From the NCBI RefSeq assembly GCF_000146505.1, contig NC_017448.1:3720001-3752000 (forward strand): 32,000 bases of DNA. Reading direction: 5' to 3'. This stretch comes from Fibrobacter succinogenes subsp. succinogenes S85. GTDB taxonomy: Bacteria; Fibrobacterota; Fibrobacteria; Fibrobacterales; Fibrobacteraceae. Positions 25,572 to 32,000 of this stretch are shown piece by piece; the first letter of the stretch is position 1; the number at the start of each line of letters is the position of its first letter. The notes beneath the pieces are model-generated. The model saw only the letters and a list, made by a program, of their open reading frames with translations, ran no database searches and was not told the origin of the DNA. The position numbers and the translations under genes were made by a program.

Positions 25572-26651
25572 TTATAGCACCTTTCCTGTATAAATTTGCT
25601 TATCCCCTAATTTTTTATCTAAAAAATTGAATAGCGGCTTTTCCAATACATAAATACGGCAAATATCAATTATACTACAGGTTAGGAATATAGCAAGAAT
25701 ACTACCTATAGCATATAATGCATAAGAGGGTGCGTCATAATGTCCAACAACGTCAATAAAATCATACCATAACCAATGTCGCATTTCATCACCACTAGTA
25801 TGAATCAGGAACACACCAAAAGTCGAGGCTCCAATTATATTGATTATTCTAGAATAGCCGATTCTCAAATTTTTAAAGAACATAAACAGGGAAACTGAAG
25901 TTATTATAGACATGAAAGCCAAGGATTCTCCTACAAACGCATACACTGGCAAATTCAGCCTTAGACACACAAAAACAGACCCTATAGACAGGATTATTGA
26001 CACAAACGCCCCCCCCCAGAACATTACGTTTTCGTTTCTAAACAGCCCGTAAATGCGAATATACGAGCCTAAAATGTATAGTATAATAAACCACGATAAA
26101 TAATTATAATGCAGATGCAATCCCGGAATTTGATAGAAACCAGAATAAATAGTAATGCAAAGAATCAATAATAAAAGATGCTTTGTTTTATCCATTCCCT
26201 TTATTAGTATGTTTAAGAACGGTATAAACAAGAAAAAAGCCATAAACGCATTTGTGAACGAATCTGTAATACTAGAAAAAGGAAGTAAGCGTTTTAACAA
26301 GGCCCCACCAGATATAGCAGTCATCCCAACGCATGCAAAGACAAACAATATTATATACCTGTAAAATTTTACCTCTAGATATAATTTCAAGTATTTTCTC
26401 AAAGATATATTTGAAAAGCACATAAAAAAGCCAGTTATTAACACAAAACAATTAATACCGGTTTTCCCCCACATACCAAGAATCAAATAAAAAATAGAAT
26501 TTGTACTAGTAGGATTTGCAAACAAGGGACCATCGGCATTCATCAAGCCTGAATTAACCACATAATGATGAGCCACGATTGATAGCATCACTAAAATGCG
26601 ATACAGTTCAATATTCGACGAACGAGGCTTTTTTTTTACGATTTCAGTCAT
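25572..26651 (-). CDS. Acyltransferase family 3 membrane protein, carries a G9 tract; sits between the beta and alpha hydro-lyase genes
   Basis: The ATG at 26651 is 1 nt after the beta-subunit stop (TAGTATG). The track start at 26684 would overlap by 32 nt. ELYRILVMLSIVAHHYVV and polytopic hydrophobic repeats typical of Acyl_transf_3. Confidence 0.8.
   Translation of the reverse strand: MTEIVKKKPRSSNIELYRILVMLSIVAHHYVVNSGLMNADGPLFANPTSTNSIFYLILGMWGKTGINCFVLITGFFMCFSNISLRKYLKLYLEVKFYRYIILFVFACVGMTAISGGALLKRLLPFSSITDSFTNAFMAFFLFIPFLNILIKGMDKTKHLLLLILCITIYSGFYQIPGLHLHYNYLSWFIILYILGSYIRIYGLFRNENVMFWGGAFVSIILSIGSVFVCLRLNLPVYAFVGESLAFMSIITSVSLFMFFKNLRIGYSRIINIIGASTFGVFLIHTSGDEMRHWLWYDFIDVVGHYDAPSYALYAIGSILAIFLTCSIIDICRIYVLEKPLFNFLDKKLGDKQIYTGKVL
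26009..26017 (-). repeat. Homopolymeric G9 tract inside acyltransferase 2; frame intact (ON)
   Basis: C9 on the plus strand, encoding ..F-W-G-G-A.. at about codon 212. This is the same relative position as the tract in acyltransferase 1. Confidence 0.9.
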
Positions 26652-26652
26652 A

Positions 26653-27156
26653 CTAGTAAATACTCTCACCCTTTGCAGCTGCAATGATTGCCTGATACTT
26701 GTTAACCTTTATTCGGTGAAGCGCTTCCATCCCAAGTTCGGGATAGCAGACAACTTCTCGTTCTTCTGTCTGGCTTTCCAGCAAAGCCGTAACCGGAGGA
26801 ATCACCGCAAAAACGGCATTATTTTCAGCCAAGGCCTTAACCGTCTCTGGCTTGATGGCGCCCTTACCTAAGTGCATCTTGATACCATGGCGAGAAAGAG
26901 GTTCAAAGCTGCTTTCAATTTCCAACTTGTTACTGGAGGTGGGACCCACGCCCGCTGGACTCACCGCCGTATGGAAAATCACCTGCCCTTGTAAATCAAC
27001 ACCAACTTCAGAAAGAGTCCCTTCTTCGGCATGTTTCACAATTTTAGGCAAAACGGCATCGCGCCCTGTATAAATGTAACCGGAAATAGAAACAACATCA
27101 CCAACTTTGAGCTTGGCAATATCTTCTTCGCTAAATGGAGTTGTCAGTTCTATCAT
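26653..27156 (-). CDS. Fe-S type hydro-lyase beta subunit (fumarate hydratase class I C-terminal / TtdB-like)
   Basis: 167 aa. GDVVSISGYIYTGRDAVLPKI and the following beta-rich segment match the Fumerase_C-type subunit. ATGA overlap with the upstream PrpD-family gene. Confidence 0.75.
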   Translation of the reverse strand: MIELTTPFSEEDIAKLKVGDVVSISGYIYTGRDAVLPKIVKHAEEGTLSEVGVDLQGQVIFHTAVSPAGVGPTSSNKLEIESSFEPLSRHGIKMHLGKGAIKPETVKALAENNAVFAVIPPVTALLESQTEEREVVCYPELGMEALHRIKVNKYQAIIAAAKGESIY

Positions 27157-28490
27157 AACAGATTTATAACCTCGTCAATAGTAAACTCAGGACGATAAAC
27201 AATATCAATCAGCTTCTCACAAACATCCTTGCTATATCCAGCAAAAGACATCAAGCCCTCGATTTTCTGCCGAAATTCTTCTGGGGTCAGCGGATTTTCC
27301 GGTTCGCCCTTGGGATAATCAATCCTTGCGGAAAACAGCCCCGTTTTCGTTTTTACATCAACTAAAGCAGCACGGCGTTGTGGGCAGAGCGCAGTAAACT
27401 CATCATCCGCCACAACATCTATTTTTTGGGCAATATCAAGAATCCGCTGATCCGCGACATTAGCCTTCGAAAACTCGTTAAGCCCAGCATTTCCCGTAAA
27501 CAGAGCTACTGCAACACTATATGGCATACTCATTTTTGCGGAATTTACGCCATCCACTAGTTTATGGTCATGCCCCGCGACCGCAAGCTTATATGTATGA
27601 ACACAAACAGATTCTACTTCATCCAATAAAAAACCTGGTTGCTGACGAATTTTCATTGCGGCTTCAATTGCCGGATGTGTATGTCGACAAGAGGCATAAG
27701 GCTTGTTGTAAATAGACATGATGCTGAAAGAATCATTTTCAAAGTCCTTCAAAAAAGATATCTTTGCTTCATCAGTCATCACAGCCAAAAAGCCACGCTT
27801 GCCACCAAGAGCATCATTGGGCGCTTTAAATCGAGCTTTACCAAGATATGCAGCAGAAACGGCATCCATCGCCGCTCTACCAACATTCAACGGTTTTAAG
27901 TCAGCATTATCCTCCTGCATTTCAAGCACCCCGGCAGCGGACGTTACCGCGGCAGAAAAAGCGGACTTCATCTGTTCAAAATCAAAATGAAGTGCCGCAG
28001 CAATGGCCATAGTTGCCCCAACCGTTCCACATGTGCCCGTGGCGTGATATCCACGTAATTTGTTTCCCGGTTGTACCGCACAAGCCAAGCGAATCGTCGT
28101 TTCATAACCAATAATGGCTCCATACAAGAAATCTTGCATGGATATTTTTTCTTTTTCAGCAACAGGAAGCAGGGCCGAGAAAATAGTTCCTCCAACATGC
28201 ACCGCCCCCTTGCGATGACCGTCATCTAATTCCATAACATGCGAGTTCATTCCGTTTATCAATGCCGCCGTCTGTAGGGAACATTTGGGAGGCAAACCAA
28301 TAACCGAAGAAGCTCCATTACCGAATTCCAAAGAATCTATATAAGCGAGATCTTTTTCGTAAAAAGCTTTCGCTCCAGCCAAAGTGCATGCAAGAAAATC
28401 GATAAAACAATTCTTCGCCTGAGTAAAAACCTTTCCTGGAATGGAATCCTTTGATTGTTTTATCAAATTTTTCAAGAAGTTATCAGTCAT
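27153..28490 (-). CDS. MmgE/PrpD family protein (2-methylcitrate dehydratase superfamily)
   Basis: About 445 aa from the ATG at 28490 (the track TTG at 28511 is the alternative). The length and the ...NCFIDFLACTLAGA..., ...MELDDGHRKGAVHVGG... and ...KPYASCRHTHPAIEA... segments are characteristic of MmgE/PrpD. Confidence 0.8.
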   Translation of the reverse strand: MTDNFLKNLIKQSKDSIPGKVFTQAKNCFIDFLACTLAGAKAFYEKDLAYIDSLEFGNGASSVIGLPPKCSLQTAALINGMNSHVMELDDGHRKGAVHVGGTIFSALLPVAEKEKISMQDFLYGAIIGYETTIRLACAVQPGNKLRGYHATGTCGTVGATMAIAAALHFDFEQMKSAFSAAVTSAAGVLEMQEDNADLKPLNVGRAAMDAVSAAYLGKARFKAPNDALGGKRGFLAVMTDEAKISFLKDFENDSFSIMSIYNKPYASCRHTHPAIEAAMKIRQQPGFLLDEVESVCVHTYKLAVAGHDHKLVDGVNSAKMSMPYSVAVALFTGNAGLNEFSKANVADQRILDIAQKIDVVADDEFTALCPQRRAALVDVKTKTGLFSARIDYPKGEPENPLTPEEFRQKIEGLMSFAGYSKDVCEKLIDIVYRPEFTIDEVINLL

Positions 28491-28582
28491 TTGATTCTCA
28501 CAAAATTTCAATCCGTAATTTTAAACTTTTAACAAATAACATGCATCGAGTTTAGAAAAAAATATAAGATCTTTGTGTCATA

Positions 28583-29682
28583 TCAAATATTTACAGGTAC
28601 ATTTAACGACATTTGCTTTATCATAAGGCGACGAATTACATTCATTCGATGATTATACAGCTTACGGATTACTCCATAAAAAGGAGCTTTAACTAAAAAT
28701 CCACAAAAAGACATATGCAGTTTAAGCAAAAAGGAATAATACAATCCAAGAATGTTGTTAGGCGATAAGCTTACAAAAGTGTATCTTGATTTAATCTTAT
28801 GATCAATCTGTATTTCTGCAATCATACCAATTCTATTAAAGCTTTTCCAAATAACAAGAGATTTATTTTCGACCTTTTTCGGATAAGCCCATATTTTCTC
28901 TAATCCATTTAGAGAAGCTGGATAAAACATTGGCCTTGGAACATCCATACAAATATCAGGAAAAAGGAAGTTTCCTAAACTGAAAAAAATATCTTTTCCT
29001 TTATATTTCGTGTGTGGATTAATAACATGCGGATGACTTCCTATTATCGCATCAGCCCCTGCATCAATCATTTTTTTTGCATATTCATAGCAGTATGAAG
29101 GAGGGATAAAAACATGTTCTTCCGCCCAATGAGGTAGAACAACCACTTTGTCATAACTTTTTTTTAGTTCTGAGATGTTTTGTTGAATTTCCTCAATGGT
29201 CGTCTGATAAATGCCAAATTCTGTATCTGTCGCAGGATGAAAAATCATAGGAGCAAAGCCATGGAAACAGCATCCTATAAATGCCACCACCTGTCCGTCT
29301 TTCTTAATTACAGCTGGCTTACGCGCTTCTGAAAAGTTTTTCCCAGCTCCGCAAAAAAGAATCCCCTTTTGAGACAAGAGTTCAATTGTATGAACCATCC
29401 CTTCCAAGCCTAAATCTGAAAAATGATTATTGGCTAAAGTGACAAGATTTATGTTCATTTCTTGTAATTTTGCAAGGTCTTCGTCTCGAGCGTAAACAAT
29501 CGCTTTTGTCTTCGCCATTTTTCGTTCATCATAAGCAAAATGATTGCCAATCGCACATTCTAAAGTTCCTATTCTAAAATCAAATGTAGACATATACTCC
29601 AATAATTCCTTGGTTATAAAGGAATCTTGATAGGAGAGCCCCCCCCCCCAGGAACAATATCTCCACAAAATAGTAAATTCAC
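28583..29682 (-). CDS. CapA/PGA_cap-family metallophosphoesterase; reading frame broken at a G11 tract (phase-OFF as sequenced)
   Basis: The body frame (28583-29638) shows CapA-like motifs (TLECAIG, ANNHFSDLG, GSHPHV). Upstream of the tract a different frame reads GTG-NLLFCGDIVPGGGG, starting at the GTG at 29682 that overlaps the upstream TGA (GTGA). G12 or G9 would join the two frames. Confidence 0.7.
29639..29649 (-). repeat. Homopolymeric G11 tract at codons ~12-15 of the CapA-like gene
   Basis: C11 on the plus strand, counted directly (29639-29649). Confidence 0.9.
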
Positions 29683-30782
29683 TTTAGTATCGCCTCTTTG
29701 AATTCATCATAAAAACCACGACCGAGAGAAATCTGAGGCATAATTATATCACCCCAATTTCCTTCGATTAGCACCCATCCCTGAGTAGACAAAGCAAAAT
29801 CAAAACCAATATATTTATGACATTCAGGCAATGACTTATGAACTTCTTGTGCAAATTTTTTTAAAGATTCCCATTCAGGAATTTTATATCCTTTAAATAC
29901 TTTATTACTTTCTGGGTGTTCCTTGAAAACTCGGCCTAATTCATCATGACCATCAGTTATGATGATACCAGTATTCGAATCTATCGCTGCAAAAACGCCA
30001 CCGCAACCAGCATTGTCAACGACACTTCCTTTTCGCCCTACTCGTAACACGGAAACCATTGTTGAAAAATCAGAGCCCTTTCGAAAAGAAAAATAACGAA
30101 TTGTATTGACACTGGATTCGTTCCACTCGGCCATTCTAGCATCTTGTTTGACAAGTTCTTCTACGATATATGAGCCATTAGAGCGCAAGTAGTCAAAAAC
30201 CTCATCAGCACTCTTTTCCAACAACGAGATAATTTCAACGCCTTTGCCACAAGCCCCCTTGCTTGGTTTTGCTATAAAACGATCAAGTCCTTGACAAAAA
30301 AGTTTAAAATTAGACCTATCATCCTCACTATCTACTTTACAAGCTTTCCGTTTAAAGAACTGACCTGCAATTGAATAGAAAATATTTTTGTCTTTTAATT
30401 GCGCTAAAGCATCCTTCCAATTTTTTCCAATTGCTTCCATGCAAAGTTTATCTTTTCGCATACGTGAAATATATTTATTTCGTTCATATGCATTTTTCTT
30501 TGGGAATCCATATGAAAAGTATTCATTAGCCGTCATTCCATACTTTCTATAAGACAGTATGATATCTCGAATAACAGATTTTCTATATGCAGAATCATCC
30601 AACTGCTCCTTACTCAAGAATATCTTACAGTTATCCTCTATATCGGAAAAACAATCTCGTTGGCCCCACCAAACAATCTTTTTTTTCTTAGCATTATTGT
30701 ATAAGCGATCTGCCATATAAGTAGGAAATATGTTCCACTTAGCTTTATTCATCAAATCTTTAATTCTACGAACAATTTTCAT
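29679..30782 (-). CDS. Sugar-transfer-associated ATP-grasp (ATPgrasp_ST / alpha-L-glutamate ligase-related) protein
   Basis: 367 aa. AKPSKGACGKGVEII, VEELVKQD...SVNTIRYFSF, VDNAGCGGVFAAIDSNTGII, IPEWESL and IGFDFALSTQGWVLIEGN. Confidence 0.8.
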   Translation of the reverse strand: MKIVRRIKDLMNKAKWNIFPTYMADRLYNNAKKKKIVWWGQRDCFSDIEDNCKIFLSKEQLDDSAYRKSVIRDIILSYRKYGMTANEYFSYGFPKKNAYERNKYISRMRKDKLCMEAIGKNWKDALAQLKDKNIFYSIAGQFFKRKACKVDSEDDRSNFKLFCQGLDRFIAKPSKGACGKGVEIISLLEKSADEVFDYLRSNGSYIVEELVKQDARMAEWNESSVNTIRYFSFRKGSDFSTMVSVLRVGRKGSVVDNAGCGGVFAAIDSNTGIIITDGHDELGRVFKEHPESNKVFKGYKIPEWESLKKFAQEVHKSLPECHKYIGFDFALSTQGWVLIEGNWGDIIMPQISLGRGFYDEFKEAILK

Positions 30783-30812
30783 CTTATGAATTCCAATTTT
30801 GCACTATAATGA

Positions 30813-31946
30813 TTATACACCGAATAATTCCAGATAACTCTTTTCAGACTCTATTACGCCATAGGCTTCGGCACGCATTGAAATCTTTGTCGCCCAGTTG
30901 GTATGAGGCTTGATTTCGTTCATGCCCTTGCTGCCCTTAATCACCCCACCGGAAGTATGCAAAATCTGGTAGGCGTCATTGTATTCATCTTGCGTAACAG
31001 CAAGCATGCCATTGATGAAGTTCAAGTGGGTCGGATGGATACATGTCTTGCCCATAAAACCATTCGCCTGGTCCAGAATAAGTTCGCGCATCAAGCCATC
31101 AACCGCATCATTTACCACCGGCGAACGTTTCAGCAACGTATCTTGGATGTCAACCTTCGGCAGATCGCAAAACTTCATACGCTTGTTTACACGGAAATAT
31201 TCCCACACCGGTCCAGAAACTGTATAATCGTTGTTACGGGTAAAGAAGTTCAAAATATCCATCAAGCAATCACGAACAGTCATCACATCGTAAATCGTAT
31301 AGTTGATTCCTCTACGGACACCAAAGCACGACGAGAAATCCGTACCGCCCACGCGAATATTCAAAATCAGGTCTTTATGTTTGTCGCATTCCTGTTTGAT
31401 AGCCATCAGTTCCTGAGCGCGGCTTTCCTTGAACGCGACTCGCGCATCTTCAATAATGGGCATGCCATATATAATCTCACCAAACTTGGCATTGAGTTCA
31501 ACAAGGTGTTCCATATAAGGAGCGGATGTCAAGCTATTGAATTTCGGAAAATTAAACCCGCAAAGATACCGAATGTGACGAGGCTCAAGCATCGCAGCAA
31601 AATGCTTAAACTGTTCAACGGAACGAACCCGGAAGAAAATTAGCGGAATATCTTCGTATTTCAGCGTTCCATTTTTTTCACATTCCGCAAGAGTGTCCAA
31701 CACATGGATAGAATTGATTTCCGCAGCAGGCACGTCTTCTTCTTTGCAGGCATCTTCGAAGCACATCACCATGGAGGTGAGACCAGGATACTTCTTATCG
31801 ATAATCGCCTGTGCAAAATCCTTGGTGCCAGGCATATACATAGTGGCCCCCAGGCAATATTGCAAAAGACTACGGTCCGTATACTTGTTGAAATCGACCG
31901 GTTCTTTTACAAACTTGAAATTCGGATTATACTGATGATGTTTCAT
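30813..31946 (-). CDS. HpcH/HpaI aldolase / citrate lyase beta (CitE)-like TIM-barrel C-C lyase
   Basis: 377 aa. MYMPGT, MCFEDA (metal-binding acidic pair) and GKTCIHPTH (compare CitE GK..IHP.Q). It is longer than canonical CitE, resembling the extended C-C bond lyase subgroup found next to ATP-grasp genes. Confidence 0.7.
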   Translation of the reverse strand: MKHHQYNPNFKFVKEPVDFNKYTDRSLLQYCLGATMYMPGTKDFAQAIIDKKYPGLTSMVMCFEDACKEEDVPAAEINSIHVLDTLAECEKNGTLKYEDIPLIFFRVRSVEQFKHFAAMLEPRHIRYLCGFNFPKFNSLTSAPYMEHLVELNAKFGEIIYGMPIIEDARVAFKESRAQELMAIKQECDKHKDLILNIRVGGTDFSSCFGVRRGINYTIYDVMTVRDCLMDILNFFTRNNDYTVSGPVWEYFRVNKRMKFCDLPKVDIQDTLLKRSPVVNDAVDGLMRELILDQANGFMGKTCIHPTHLNFINGMLAVTQDEYNDAYQILHTSGGVIKGSKGMNEIKPHTNWATKISMRAEAYGVIESEKSYLELFGV

Positions 31947-32000
31947 TATTAAACCGTTTATAGATTTGAATAAATTTCTCTATTAAGCAAGTCATTCCCT

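Noticed and set aside
26629-26637. A8-A9 homopolymers in coding strands (26629-26637, 29071-29078, 29158-29165, 30679-30686 and others) as additional phase-variation sites
   Set aside because: In 25-35% GC DNA encoding Lys-rich segments, A/T runs of 8-9 are expected by composition. All are in frame and there is no frame evidence like that at the G11 tract.
12230-32000. The AT-rich region as a classical mobile genomic island or prophage
   Set aside because: The window contains no integrase, transposase, tRNA attachment site, direct-repeat boundaries or phage genes. The left boundary lies inside a conserved gene, which points to homologous cassette exchange instead.
31989-32000. AAGTCATTCCCT at the window edge as a sixth REP-like element marking the right island boundary
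   Set aside because: The sequence is truncated by the window end, so the hairpin partner cannot be seen.
10453-32000. Completeness of the polysaccharide locus (Wzx flippase, Wza/Wzc export, chain-length regulator, UDP-sugar 4,6-dehydratase)
   Set aside because: I looked for these and found none in the window. Their absence cannot be interpreted, because the locus may continue beyond 32000 or use genes located elsewhere.

Overview
The window has two parts.

**Left part (1-12.2 kb).** This is GC-normal housekeeping DNA, about 50-55% GC by my spot counts. It carries:
- the tail of an ABC ATPase
- clpC and adk
- a TIGR02147-type HTH gene followed by two orphan lipoproteins
- leuB, ruvB and ruvA on the minus strand
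- a remnant of an AAA ATPase gene
- a DegT-type sugar aminotransferase

The TIGR02147 paralogue, FCB-type TAnnTTTG promoter motifs and a recurring TGTCAT-CCCG hairpin repeat suggest a Fibrobacter-like (Fibrobacterota) host. That assignment is inference, not proof.

**Right part (about 12.23 kb to the window end).** This is a compositionally foreign, mosaic surface-polysaccharide locus.
- The GC drop occurs inside the initiating sugar-phosphate transferase gene, at its conserved GPRP motif.
- A tightly packed plus-strand block follows: a PLP enzyme, an ATP-grasp, two GT4 genes, a Wzy-like/GT4 fused ORF, a GT2, a pyruvyl transferase, an internally deleted FrhB-like gene and a second GT2.
- It converges on a nine-gene minus-strand operon encoding a CitE/HpcH-like lyase, a sugar-transfer-associated ATP-grasp, CapA, a PrpD/MmgE protein, a split Fe-S hydro-lyase (beta and alpha), two family-3 acyltransferases and a D-2-hydroxyacid dehydrogenase.

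**Most interesting signal.** That minus-strand operon looks like an undescribed pathway for making an organic acid and attaching it to a glycan. Its three most AT-rich genes each carry a long poly-G tract (G9, G9, G11).
- At the CapA tract, the conserved N-terminal GD motif lies in a different frame from the gene body. The gene reads as phase-OFF, one G short of ON.
- This points to slipped-strand phase variation of glycan decoration.

No rRNA, tRNA, CRISPR array, transposase or integrase was seen. No Wzx flippase or export genes lie within the window. All family assignments come from motif recognition by eye, not from searches.
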